Below, piece by piece: positions 37,068-46,382 of a stretch of 64,000 bases of DNA (its first letter is position 1; every line of letters begins with the position of its first letter). Origin of the DNA: a virus; IMG/VR virus record IMGVR_UViG_3300028844_004047, positions 1 to 64,000 of that record; one strand, 5' to 3'. The notes below the pieces were generated by a model. That model made no database searches, was not told where the DNA came from, and saw only the letters and a program-made list of their open reading frames with translations. The position numbers and the translations under genes are program-made.

Positions 37068-37406
37068 ATGACTAATAATCTTACAGGTAAGATACAATCA
37101 ATTTACGACTTAACTTCCAATGAAGCGGAGGTACGTGACTTTGGTAAAGATATGATGGATCTAGCCTTCATCGAAAAAGATGATGTTAGAGCAAACAAAC
37201 TTTCAGACTTAGGTTATCGTTTAAGTAGATTTGGTGAATTATGGAGTATCAAAGGTAAAGACATTACCGATGAAGAACTGCAATTAATTAATTATGGGCA
37301 AAAAGAAATTAATGCTCCTAAAAACAAAAAGAAATTGCAACGTCTAAAAGATTTACAAAAAGAGAAATTAGAAAAAGCATTTATTCAATCTTCGCCAGTC
37401 GAGTAA
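37068..37406 (+). CDS. hypothetical protein
   Basis: ORF with RBS in early operon. Confidence 0.65.
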   Translation: MTNNLTGKIQSIYDLTSNEAEVRDFGKDMMDLAFIEKDDVRANKLSDLGYRLSRFGELWSIKGKDITDEELQLINYGQKEINAPKNKKKLQRLKDLQKEKLEKAFIQSSPVE

Positions 37407-37409
37407 GCA

Positions 37410-37556
37410 ATGTATCAAGTTGTTTATATTCCTAAAGTTGAAGACGAGGTAATCGTCGCAGAATTTGATTCCATAGAAGAAGCAGAATCTCATATGGAAT
37501 TAATTAAAGTAGAACGCCCTAATGCGTTCCCACATCATTATATAAAGGAGAAGTAA
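37410..37556 (+). CDS. small hypothetical protein (48 aa)
   Basis: EFDSIEEAE motif; fills operon gap. Confidence 0.6.
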   Translation: MYQVVYIPKVEDEVIVAEFDSIEEAESHMELIKVERPNAFPHHYIKEK

Positions 37557-37682
37557 ATGAAATATTTTATGATTATTATGGTAGCACTATCTTTAGGTGC
37601 TTGTTCTACAGTTGCTGGTGTTGGCAAAGATATCCAAGATGCGGCTGAGTATACAAAAGAAAAAGTTGGTTCAAAACTGTAG
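37557..37682 (+). CDS. entericidin EcnA/B-family lipoprotein (41 aa, not in ORF track)
   Basis: AAGGAG RBS; MKYFMIIMVALSLGAC-STVAGVGKDIQDAAE. Confidence 0.85.
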   Translation: MKYFMIIMVALSLGACSTVAGVGKDIQDAAEYTKEKVGSKL

Positions 37683-37748
37683 AAATAGGTTGACAAAAGT
37701 CGCATAATATGGTATACTATATGTATAGTTAAGAAGAAGGAGAGTTAA

Positions 37749-38468
37749 ATGTCAAAAGAAGTTTACACGTTTACAAAAGCACTTACAATCGCTTTTACGG
37801 CACAACGTTTTAACGATTCGTATCAAAAAGAAACTGTGGTTCCTTATACCATTGACGGTAAACTCACAGGCACTCCAACTGTTGCTAATAAACAAATTAT
37901 GCGATTCCTAGTAAACAATCACGATGGAATGGATCCAAACGTTATTGACTTCTTAAATAAAAACGAAAAGAAACTTCGTGTAACTGAAGATGATGAAAAA
38001 GATACATCTGAAACTATAGAATGGTTAGAAGGTTTGGCTATGCGAGCCATGGCAAGTGACCTTAACGGATTTGAATCTAAATTATATTCAACATTCGAAA
38101 AAGATGATATTTCAACATATGACTTTGGAATGATTGCAAGTATACCACAAACTGTACAACGTGTAGTTAAAAAAGAAACAACAGAAGATTTGATTATGAA
38201 ATCCTGTACAGGTGACTGGATAGGTAAAGTAGGTGATAAAGTTAATGTTACTGCTAAAATGATTTCTGGTGTTTACAGTCGTAACTATTCGAGTTACATT
38301 TATGTTGCAATAGCAGATAATAAACTTATTACTTTCTGGAGTCAAAAAGACTTTTTGGAAGAAGTTGGTAAAAATGTTAAAATTTATGCCAAAATAAAAA
38401 GGACTGACATGAGTCGTTGGTATCCTAGCATTAAAGAAACTCAACTTAACTACGTTAAAATAAATTAA
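37749..38468 (+). CDS. early protein with C-terminal OB-fold-like domain
   Basis: WIGKVGDKVNV...AKIK...TQLNYVK; promoter TTGACA 37690-17bp-TATACT. Confidence 0.65.
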   Translation: MSKEVYTFTKALTIAFTAQRFNDSYQKETVVPYTIDGKLTGTPTVANKQIMRFLVNNHDGMDPNVIDFLNKNEKKLRVTEDDEKDTSETIEWLEGLAMRAMASDLNGFESKLYSTFEKDDISTYDFGMIASIPQTVQRVVKKETTEDLIMKSCTGDWIGKVGDKVNVTAKMISGVYSRNYSSYIYVAIADNKLITFWSQKDFLEEVGKNVKIYAKIKRTDMSRWYPSIKETQLNYVKIN

Positions 38469-38545
38469 GAGGTTTACGGTACGATCTCCTTCTTAACTTA
38501 CACGAGCCCTGTCATGTTGTACCGTGTGGCAGGGTTCATTTTCTT
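38469..38545 (+). ncRNA. candidate small RNA: two hairpins with complementary loops around an anti-SD/anti-leader segment
   Basis: HP1 GAGGT/ATCTC; HP2 12 bp 38504-38515/38526-38537 plus T-rich tail; loops ACGGTAC/GTACCGT complementary. Confidence 0.55.
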
Positions 38546-38558
38546 GAAAGGAAAATAA

Positions 38559-38726
38559 ATGGCAAGATATCAACGAACAGAAGCAGACACAAAGGCCATT
38601 GAAGAATGGTTAGCAAAAGGCAACAAAATTACTGTATGTGAACCTTATGCAAGAACAGAGGATATCGGCTACATGAGTCGCTGGAAAGGTTCTAAAAAGA
38701 AGAAAAAGGTTGACAAATCGACATAA
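38559..38726 (+). CDS. SutA-like RNA-polymerase-binding small protein (55 aa, not in ORF track)
   Basis: AAGGA RBS; AIEEWLAKGNKITVC resembles SutA core FLARGGKI. Confidence 0.6.
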   Translation: MARYQRTEADTKAIEEWLAKGNKITVCEPYARTEDIGYMSRWKGSKKKKKVDKST

Positions 38727-38768
38727 GGTGCTATTATAAAATAGTAAGTTAAACAATAAAAGAAGAAG

Positions 38769-39350
38769 ATGAAATTGAAAAAAATTATATTAACAGACGC
38801 AGATGGTGTACTCCTTAATTGGGAGTTCGCCTTTAACTGTTGGATGGAAGAACACGGATTTAAAACTACAAAAGGATACCAGTTCAAATACGATATGGCT
38901 GAACGTTATGGTATTCCAAAAGCACAAGTTAAAACACTAATTAGACAGTTTAATGAAAGTGCTACAATCGGATACTTACCTGCTCTACGTGACGCAGTTC
39001 AATATGTTACAAAACTTGCTGACGAAGGTTGGGAGTTTCATTGCATTACATCATTAAGTAATAACAAATATGCAAAAAGGCTAAGACAGAAAAATTTAGA
39101 CAAGTTGTTCGGAGAAGGAGTCTTTACTAAACTAATTTGTTTAGGTACTGGAGACGATAAAGATGACACACTTGCACAATACAAAGGATCCAAACTTTGG
39201 TGGATTGAAGACAAACCTGTAAACTGCGAAGCAGGATTAAAAGCAGGACTTAAACCTATACTTGTAGAACATGGACACAACATGAATGGCGAGTATTCTT
39301 ACCCAATAGCAAAAGATTGGGAACACATCTATAACATTGTAACAGTCTAA
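38769..39350 (+). CDS. HAD-family 5'(3')-deoxyribonucleotidase-like
   Basis: TDADGVL, ITS, WIED, HN; early promoter at 38710. Confidence 0.85.
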   Translation: MKLKKIILTDADGVLLNWEFAFNCWMEEHGFKTTKGYQFKYDMAERYGIPKAQVKTLIRQFNESATIGYLPALRDAVQYVTKLADEGWEFHCITSLSNNKYAKRLRQKNLDKLFGEGVFTKLICLGTGDDKDDTLAQYKGSKLWWIEDKPVNCEAGLKAGLKPILVEHGHNMNGEYSYPIAKDWEHIYNIVTV

Positions 39351-39361
39351 GGTTGCAAATC

Positions 39362-39379
39362 ATTTAACAAAACTGTAAT
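39362..39379 (+). promoter_or_regulatory. putative Pho box
   Basis: ATTTAAC-AAAA-CTGTAAT, 11-bp period, upstream of PiT-like transporter. Confidence 0.5.
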
Positions 39380-39475
39380 CTTTCTTTTGACATTATCAAG
39401 TAAATAGTGTTACAATGAAATAATATATAAATCAATAACAAGCAACGTCGAGCTTGGCCAATATGGAGATATAAA

Positions 39476-40438
39476 ATGGACGCATTAACACTTTGGATGG
39501 GTGTAGGTTTTTTACTAGCCGCTTATTCTGTTATCGCAAACGATTCAGTACAAACTCTCGGTACATGGATTGCATCAAACAACGAAAAATTTAATTGGAA
39601 AACTTTATGGATCGCCGCATCGGCGGTTTTGCTTTGGGCCTTATGGTACGGGTGGTATGTCAATGGGGGAGATATATCATACGGACGTCTTAATAGGATA
39701 CCATGGCAAGAAGTAAAATGGTATCATGCAATGGCACCTGCTTTACTTTTATTACTAACAAGGATAGGTATTCCTGTTAGTACATCATTTTTAGTATTGT
39801 CGGCATTTGCTAGTACATTTGTATTAGAAAAAATGTTAATGAAATCTATTATGGGTTATGCAGTCGCGGCAGTGGCGGCTTATGCCATATGGATAGTTAT
39901 AACTAAATTTATAGATGAAAAACATGACCCTGTAAAAGATGAACACAAAGTATATTGGCGAGTTGGTCAATGGATAACTACTGGTTTTTTATGGTGGACT
40001 TGGTTAAGTCATGACATGGCAAACATTGCCGTATTCCTGCCAAGACAAGTAAACTTTGAATTAATGGTAATGATAAGCCTTGTGTTTGTTATAGGCTTGT
40101 TCTTTATGTTTAGAGAACGTGGAGGAAAAATACAACAAATTGTATTAGAAAAGCACAATACAAGATATGTAAGAAGTGCAACATTAATTGATTTGTTTTA
40201 TTGGTTAGTACTTTGGTTCTTTAAAGAACTCAATGATATCCCAATGTCAACAACATGGGTATTTGTTGGACTATTATGTGGACGTGAACTTGCAATGGCA
40301 ACTATGCTAGGCAATGGAAAACTAAAAGTAGTATTTCCTTTAGTTGGCAAAGACTTTCTTAAGATGATAACAGGATTGTTAGCATCAGTAGGTATTGTTA
40401 TTACAATTCACTATGTATTAATACCAAACGGATTTTAA
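39476..40438 (+). CDS. PiT/Pho4-like phosphate transporter
   Basis: Multi-TM; two repeats with ANDSVQ/HDMAN and PVSTS/PMSTT signatures. Confidence 0.7.
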   Translation: MDALTLWMGVGFLLAAYSVIANDSVQTLGTWIASNNEKFNWKTLWIAASAVLLWALWYGWYVNGGDISYGRLNRIPWQEVKWYHAMAPALLLLLTRIGIPVSTSFLVLSAFASTFVLEKMLMKSIMGYAVAAVAAYAIWIVITKFIDEKHDPVKDEHKVYWRVGQWITTGFLWWTWLSHDMANIAVFLPRQVNFELMVMISLVFVIGLFFMFRERGGKIQQIVLEKHNTRYVRSATLIDLFYWLVLWFFKELNDIPMSTTWVFVGLLCGRELAMATMLGNGKLKVVFPLVGKDFLKMITGLLASVGIVITIHYVLIPNGF

Positions 40439-40443
40439 AGATA

Positions 40444-40467
40444 GTGGGTGGGTTTCGGCTCACCCAT
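40444..40467. terminator. UUCG hairpin between convergent genes
   Basis: GTGGGTGGGT-TTCG-GCTCACCCAT. Confidence 0.6.
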
Positions 40468-40525
40468 AATCACCGATACAGTATTCATAGCAGTAGTGTC
40501 CGGAACACTACAATATAAAATTTAC

Positions 40526-41251
40526 TTAATCATTATCACCATAAATTGCTAATACCTCCGTTACTGCTGGATGACGTTCTATGTCCTTATGCGAAAACTG
40601 TACACTTTCGATATGATTTGAATCTCTCGTTTGTACAAGTTGCATAAAGTCTAATAGTCCGTTGTCTTTAACTTTTCGATCAGTCTGTTTAACATCTCCG
40701 GTTACAACAATTTTACTTCCTTCGCCGATTCTGGTCAATAGCATCTTCATCTGATTTGGCGTTGCATTTTGCATTTCGTCTGCGACGATATATGCATTTT
40801 TAAATGTGCGACCTCTCATAAATGCTAGGGGTGATATTTCGATGATTTGTTCGTCTAGCATCTTGGCTGTTTCTTTAGGAGAGTAATATTCGTGTAAAAC
40901 ATCGAACAATGGACGAGTCCACGGTTCCATTTTTTGGTTGAGATCACCTGGTAAGAATCCATGTTTTTCATCATCAACACCAACTGCTGGACGAGTACAA
41001 ACAATCTTGTCAACTAAACCACTTTTATAATGTTTTATAGCAGATAGCATAGCAATCATGGTTTTACCCGTTCCTGCTGGTCCTGATGCAAAAACAATAT
41101 CCTTGTTAGACGTAAGCAATGCATCTACATATGATTCTTGCGTTCGACTTCTAGGAATGATATTAACTTGTTTTTTTCGTCCATAACTTGCATTATGGTT
41201 GTCTTGTGAAATGTACATATATTCTTCTTTTTTGTGTCTACGTTTGCCCAA
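40526..41251 (-). CDS. phoH: PhoH-like ATPase
   Basis: GPAGTGKT, GFLPG, PLAFMRGRTF, DEMQN, TRIG, GDVKQTD. Confidence 0.97.
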   Translation of the reverse strand: MGKRRHKKEEYMYISQDNHNASYGRKKQVNIIPRSRTQESYVDALLTSNKDIVFASGPAGTGKTMIAMLSAIKHYKSGLVDKIVCTRPAVGVDDEKHGFLPGDLNQKMEPWTRPLFDVLHEYYSPKETAKMLDEQIIEISPLAFMRGRTFKNAYIVADEMQNATPNQMKMLLTRIGEGSKIVVTGDVKQTDRKVKDNGLLDFMQLVQTRDSNHIESVQFSHKDIERHPAVTEVLAIYGDND

Positions 41252-41400
41252 TTTGAACCTCCTGAGTTTATAGTTGTATATAAAACATATTATATACTAA
41301 AAATATTTAACTCTATAAGACTAGAAATAAGTGAATATAAGTCAGAACCTTTAAAAAGGATAAATACTTTGAGTAACGACAAACGGTAAGATAGATAATC

Positions 41401-41916
41401 ATGAAATCAAATAATATTGTAACTAACGTTAATAAACTATATCAAGCAGAAAGTTTTATGACTACATTGGTGGATTTTGAACGTGTTTTAGACAGTGTTC
41501 ATTTATACGCCTATGACAATTGGGTAAAAGGTGAATTAGTAGAAGGTCCTAAAGTTGAAAAACATTGGGTAACTTGCACATTCATGTGGCCTCACAAAAT
41601 GATGCCAGAACCTACAGGAGCAAAAAGACTCCTAGACTACAATATTAAAGTACGTTACAAAAAAGACATATTAGAAAGTCCTGTATCTATAAAGATGCCA
41701 GATGACAAAGAACCGGGTGGAAACTATCCTAAAATGAAAACTGATCCTATTTGGTTAGTTGAAATTAGAATGCCTAGAACAATCATGTCTGACATTTATC
41801 GTGGTACTATGGAACTAGAAGGCGAAAAAATCGATCTAGATGATATCAATTCAGCATACCAACAAGATTTAGATTTTGACGGAGTACAAGATGACAATAC
41901 AGAAGAAGCAGAATAA
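41401..41916 (+). CDS. conserved jumbo-phage late protein
   Basis: DFERVLD, NW..GELVEGP, MP.P.GAKRL; late motif. Confidence 0.75.
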   Translation: MKSNNIVTNVNKLYQAESFMTTLVDFERVLDSVHLYAYDNWVKGELVEGPKVEKHWVTCTFMWPHKMMPEPTGAKRLLDYNIKVRYKKDILESPVSIKMPDDKEPGGNYPKMKTDPIWLVEIRMPRTIMSDIYRGTMELEGEKIDLDDINSAYQQDLDFDGVQDDNTEEAE

Positions 41917-42454
41917 ATTATTTGAAGGTCTTCGTAAAGGCGACTTATTTGATATTATTGATAGTAATGTAACTATTGATAGATACAAAAGTAAGATGGG
42001 CGAAGATGACCAAGTAGTTGTATTAGGATTTAAAGCACTTCATAAAGAAGGTGCAAGAGATTTAGTAGAATTTATCGAGTCAGGATATGAGTGGGTATTA
42101 GATGCTAATGAAAGTCCTGCTACTGACGAAAAAGGTAAAGTTACTGTATTTGTTGAATTCAATCGCAGAACTAGTTCTCCAGCAAAGATTGTAGAATTAT
42201 TAAATGACTTAAATCATTTAACTGAAAAACAAGACTGGACTTTTTCATACTATAAAAATGAATATCCATCACCGGTTACTGAAGAAAACTTAAACGTTAT
42301 TCCTAAATCTCCTAAAGAGTATAGGGATAGATTAATGCAAGAGCAAGAACTCGATAATATGATGATGCAGGCAGGTTTAGATCCAAGTAAGCGATATAAA
42401 AAAGCACCAGAAGATAAAGATATATCATTCATAAAGAGCCTTGCCCAAAACTAA
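41876..42454 (+). CDS. conserved jumbo-phage late protein
   Basis: ID.YKSKMG.D, FIESGY.WVLDA, VFVEF.R. Confidence 0.75.
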   Translation: MTEYKMTIQKKQNKLFEGLRKGDLFDIIDSNVTIDRYKSKMGEDDQVVVLGFKALHKEGARDLVEFIESGYEWVLDANESPATDEKGKVTVFVEFNRRTSSPAKIVELLNDLNHLTEKQDWTFSYYKNEYPSPVTEENLNVIPKSPKEYRDRLMQEQELDNMMMQAGLDPSKRYKKAPEDKDISFIKSLAQN

Positions 42455-42465
42455 AAGGCTTAACA

Positions 42466-42975
42466 ATGCAAAAAAATTACGATAAGTGTTTAGAAACTAT
42501 ACTTCATCATGAAGGTGGTTATGTAAATCATCCTAAAGACCCTGGGGGTGAAACTAACTTGGGAGTTACCAAGAGAGTTTACGAAGAATGGGGCGGTAAA
42601 AAAGACATGAAAGACTTATTAGTCGAAGATGTTGCACCAATTTACAAAAAGAATTATTGGGACAAAATGAAAGGCGACGATCTGCCAAGTGGATTAGACT
42701 TATGTGTATTCGACTTTGGTGTTAACGCCGGACCAGGACGTTCTGCAAAATATCTACAAACTATGATTGGAACAGTAGCCGATGGAGGCATTGGTCCAAA
42801 CACACTTAAAAAAGTTGATGAGTATGTTAGTGAACATGGATTAGTAGATACTATTGTAAACTTTCAAAATGCAAGACAAGGTTATTACGAAAGTTTAAGT
42901 ACATTTTCTACTTTTGGTAGAGGATGGACAAGACGTGTTGACGAAACAACCGAATTAGCAAAAAAATTAGTCTAG
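42466..42975 (+). CDS. endolysin, glycoside hydrolase family 108
   Basis: HEGGYVNHPKDPGGETNLG, FDFGVNAG, FGRGWTRR. Confidence 0.95.
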   Translation: MQKNYDKCLETILHHEGGYVNHPKDPGGETNLGVTKRVYEEWGGKKDMKDLLVEDVAPIYKKNYWDKMKGDDLPSGLDLCVFDFGVNAGPGRSAKYLQTMIGTVADGGIGPNTLKKVDEYVSEHGLVDTIVNFQNARQGYYESLSTFSTFGRGWTRRVDETTELAKKLV

Positions 42976-42981
42976 TATATT

Positions 42982-43467
42982 ATGTTTAGTAGTTTAAAAA
43001 TAGGATTAGTGATACTTATACTTGCAGGAGCAGGTGGGGGATTCTTGTATGTAAAGAATCTAAAAGCAGACTTGGCTATGAGTGAAGCAAATAATGTTTT
43101 ATTAGAGCAAGGTGTTGAAGACCAAAAACAAGCACTGGCTCAAATGAAAGCAGACTTTGTAGCAATCAATAAAGCCAATGCTGATCTTAATAAACTAGTA
43201 GACACATTAAACAAAGAAATAAAAGTATTAGACACTAAATTTAATAAAGTTAATGGCAAAGGTGACCAGAGAGATTTGGGCGACCTTGCCATTAAGAAAT
43301 CAAAAGTAATTGAAAGAATAATCAATAAAGGAACTAAAAATGCTCAACGTTGTTTTGACATAGTAATGGGCAGTCCTTTAACGGAGAAAGAGAAAAATGC
43401 GACTAAGAAATCAGAAATCAATTCTGAATGTCCTAGCATTGCTAACCCTAATTACGTTCCTTACTAG
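42982..43467 (+). CDS. i-spanin (Rz-like)
   Basis: N-terminal TM plus coiled coil, follows endolysin, overlaps lipoprotein gene. Confidence 0.7.
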   Translation: MFSSLKIGLVILILAGAGGGFLYVKNLKADLAMSEANNVLLEQGVEDQKQALAQMKADFVAINKANADLNKLVDTLNKEIKVLDTKFNKVNGKGDQRDLGDLAIKKSKVIERIINKGTKNAQRCFDIVMGSPLTEKEKNATKKSEINSECPSIANPNYVPY

Positions 43468-43783
43468 TTGTAGTGCGGCAGTTAAGCAGTTAGAGATTTT
43501 TAAAGTAGAGGAACCAAGACAACCTCTTAATTTAGAAAAGCCAATGCCAGCACAACTTAATGAGATCAAATGGATTATCATTAATAGTGAGAATGCTGAA
43601 GAAGTATTTGCTAAATTAAAAAAAGCAGAAACTGATGCAGTTATTTTTGGATTAACAGATGAAGGTTACGAAGCATTATCAATTAACTTTGCTCAAATTA
43701 GAGCATATATGATTCAACAAGATAAGATAATTGACGCATATAAAAAGTATTACGAAACTGAAGATACTAAAAAAGACAAATAA
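43397..43783 (+). CDS. o-spanin (Rz1-like lipoprotein)
   Basis: Lipobox LTSC, Pro-rich stretch. Confidence 0.7.
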   Translation: MRLRNQKSILNVLALLTLITFLTSCSAAVKQLEIFKVEEPRQPLNLEKPMPAQLNEIKWIIINSENAEEVFAKLKKAETDAVIFGLTDEGYEALSINFAQIRAYMIQQDKIIDAYKKYYETEDTKKDK

Positions 43784-43968
43784 TGACAAGAAAAACTAAT
43801 ACAATGTTGATAGGCTTATTAGGTACAATCCTATTAGGGTTGGCTACATGGACTTTAGTAACACTAATAGAACTTCAAATTTTAGTTGGTATGATACAAT
43901 CCGATTTAGAAAGTGTGGACAAACAATTTGGTCGGGTTTATAATTTTATAGATTCAGTAAGAAAATAA
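43783..43968 (+). CDS. small membrane protein
   Basis: TM helix; coupled. Confidence 0.6.
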   Translation: MTRKTNTMLIGLLGTILLGLATWTLVTLIELQILVGMIQSDLESVDKQFGRVYNFIDSVRK

Positions 43969-44195
43969 TGAAATTTGTATTATTGTCTGCACTTGTAATT
44001 CTTATGAGTGGTTGCGGTGTACAATTTAAAGACTGTAAGTTTGATCCTGGTGCAGATATTACTGTACAAAAGGAAAAAGTAGAGAAGTCAGAAGATGGGA
44101 CAGAAACTACAGATAAAAAAGATAGTGATATTAGTGTAACAGATGATACAACAATACGCATTAATCCTAAAGCAGATTTCAGTTGTCCGTTTTAA
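43968..44195 (+). CDS. small lipoprotein
   Basis: Lipobox MSGC. Confidence 0.65.
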   Translation: MKFVLLSALVILMSGCGVQFKDCKFDPGADITVQKEKVEKSEDGTETTDKKDSDISVTDDTTIRINPKADFSCPF

Positions 44196-44219
44196 TAAAT
44201 AAAATAACAAAGGATTAAT

Positions 44220-44474
44220 ATGGAATATATTTCAAACATGATATCAGAGATGGCTACTAACCGTCTATGGATATGGACTGCTTTAATTGGTTCATTATTT
44301 GGTTTAGCATTTTCAACTTACTTTAAAAGTACAAACATAGGTATTTGGTTGTATGGTAAGTTTGATAAAACATTAGACTTTTTAGTAAACCGTTGGGGTT
44401 GGACATGGTTCAAACAACAACCATCTAGACTAGATAAAATAGAAGCAAGATTAGATAAGTTAGAAAAGAAGTAG
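44220..44474 (+). CDS. membrane protein
   Basis: AAGGA RBS; TM helix. Confidence 0.7.
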   Translation: MEYISNMISEMATNRLWIWTALIGSLFGLAFSTYFKSTNIGIWLYGKFDKTLDFLVNRWGWTWFKQQPSRLDKIEARLDKLEKK

Positions 44475-45182
44475 ATGTTCAATCCTGGAATATTCTCTCC
44501 AGATGTACAACAGAAGTACAAGGATCATTTTACTAACAAGGGCTGGCTTGCAATCGATGATATATTACACGAAGAATATATTACACATCTGTACGAATCT
44601 GTACAAAATTTAAATTATGATTATAGAGGTGGAGTTGGCGACTGGTACGAAGAAGTCCCATATACTCAACCTGCTGAAGGTGAATTATTAAAACAAAAAG
44701 TTCAACACTCTATGTTTAATGACGATTTTTCATTTTTTCATAGAATTGCAAAAGTTAGAAGAGATAGCAAATATACAAATAAACACACAGAAGAATTTGC
44801 ACAAGAAGTAAACTTGGGTAAAACATTTAAAGAATGGGTACAAAATCTTACAGGATTTGATAACCTATATACAACTTACCCTACATTTAGTTTTTACAAG
44901 TACGATAACTGGATTACATCACATTATGATCCTACTAGAAAAGTTGCTTATTTGTTTTACTTTACAAAAGAATGGAAAACAGAGTATGGCGGGCAACTAT
45001 GTTTACAAGATGAGCAAGATAAAGTACATACAACAATAGCACCAATTGGCAACAGATTAGTGCTCTTAGACGTGTCAAAGCCGTCGTATAACAAGCATTT
45101 CGTTAGTCCTGTTAGTTTTGTAGCACCTACGCCAAGATATAGTCTCGTAGGTTGGTATAGTGAAAAACCACCCAAGAATTAG
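44475..45182 (+). CDS. 2OG-Fe(II) oxygenase (prolyl-hydroxylase-like)
   Basis: SHYD, YLFYF..W..EYGG.L, HFVSPV, RYSLVGW. Confidence 0.85.
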   Translation: MFNPGIFSPDVQQKYKDHFTNKGWLAIDDILHEEYITHLYESVQNLNYDYRGGVGDWYEEVPYTQPAEGELLKQKVQHSMFNDDFSFFHRIAKVRRDSKYTNKHTEEFAQEVNLGKTFKEWVQNLTGFDNLYTTYPTFSFYKYDNWITSHYDPTRKVAYLFYFTKEWKTEYGGQLCLQDEQDKVHTTIAPIGNRLVLLDVSKPSYNKHFVSPVSFVAPTPRYSLVGWYSEKPPKN

Positions 45183-45235
45183 TCGAATACGATAAATACC
45201 AGTGTAGTTAAGAATACACAAGGAGAATCGTATCT

Positions 45236-45532
45236 ATGTCAGACGTACAAAAGAAAAAAATCAACATCGAGCTAGAGGTTGATACAAACCAAGTAGATAG
45301 TAGCAAGAACCCGTTTCAATGGTTAATTCATTTAGCAAAAGCAGTAGACAGTTGGAGAATATTCCCAAGATTATTCTTAACAGTATACATTGTGTTATTA
45401 TACAAGGTTGTATTATGGTATATGGCTTTAAACGCACCGAGTATGGAACAATCAGGTTTAGTATCAATAGTAGTTGGTGCTGGCGCGGCTTGGTTCGGTT
45501 TATATACCGGAACTTCCAAAAACAAAAGTTAA
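45236..45532 (+). CDS. holin-like two-TM protein
   Basis: DSWRIFPRL plus two TM helices; late motif at 45193. Confidence 0.55.
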   Translation: MSDVQKKKINIELEVDTNQVDSSKNPFQWLIHLAKAVDSWRIFPRLFLTVYIVLLYKVVLWYMALNAPSMEQSGLVSIVVGAGAAWFGLYTGTSKNKS

Positions 45533-45575
45533 ATAAAAACTTGCATCTACTTCAAAGATGTAGTATAATATAACC

Positions 45576-46382
45576 ATGAGCGACTATTATAACATACTTG
45601 GAGTAGACAAAAGTGCCAATGCTGACCAATTAAAGGCGGCATATAAAAAAGCGAGTATGAAGCATCACCCTGATAGAGGTGGTAGTGAAGACGAATTCAA
45701 AAAGATCAACGAAGCATACACAACTCTAAAAGATCCACAAAAAAGACAACAGTACGACAACCCAAACCAATTTCAATTTAATACATCTGGGTTTAGTTTT
45801 AATAACGAAGATATACCTGATAATGTAGCAGACCTTTTTGCAAGTATGTTTGGTAGACCAGGAGGTATGCATAAACCTAGAACAAGGGGATCCGATATAC
45901 GTTTACAAATGCCAATGACACTAGAAGAAATTGCTAGTGGTATAAACAAAACAATTAGTGTTAACATAGCAGGCAAGGATGAAGTATTAAATATTACTAT
46001 ACCAATGGGTATGCAAAATGGACAACAAGTTAGATACAAAGGAAAAGGTAATCCTGGTCCTGTTGAAAGAGGAGATTTATATATTGTTGTAAAGCAATTA
46101 CCTCACAAAGTATTTGAACGTAATAATAACGACATTTATAGTATGCAAGAAATAAGTGTATGGCAAGCAATGATTGGAGCAGAATATTCGCTAGAAACAG
46201 TGAATAATAAAAAGATCAAATATAAGGTAAATCCGGGCAGTCAGCCAGAAACCCGCATAAAACTAGCCAATCAAGGTATTAATGGCGGACATCACTATGT
46301 TATTCTTCATGTTTTGGTGCCAAAAGACTTGACAGAATCGCAAAAACAAGTTATATTAAGTATTATGAATGGTAAAATATGA
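45576..46382 (+). CDS. dnaJ: DnaJ/CbpA-type co-chaperone
   Basis: J domain with HPD, G/F region, C-terminal domain, no Zn finger. Confidence 0.92.
   Translation: MSDYYNILGVDKSANADQLKAAYKKASMKHHPDRGGSEDEFKKINEAYTTLKDPQKRQQYDNPNQFQFNTSGFSFNNEDIPDNVADLFASMFGRPGGMHKPRTRGSDIRLQMPMTLEEIASGINKTISVNIAGKDEVLNITIPMGMQNGQQVRYKGKGNPGPVERGDLYIVVKQLPHKVFERNNNDIYSMQEISVWQAMIGAEYSLETVNNKKIKYKVNPGSQPETRIKLANQGINGGHHYVILHVLVPKDLTESQKQVILSIMNGKI

Noticed and set aside
38484-38503. Minus-strand early gene start (GTAAGTTAAGAAGGAG)
   Set aside because: No start codon after the SD and no upstream -35/-10 on that strand; treated as an antisense element instead
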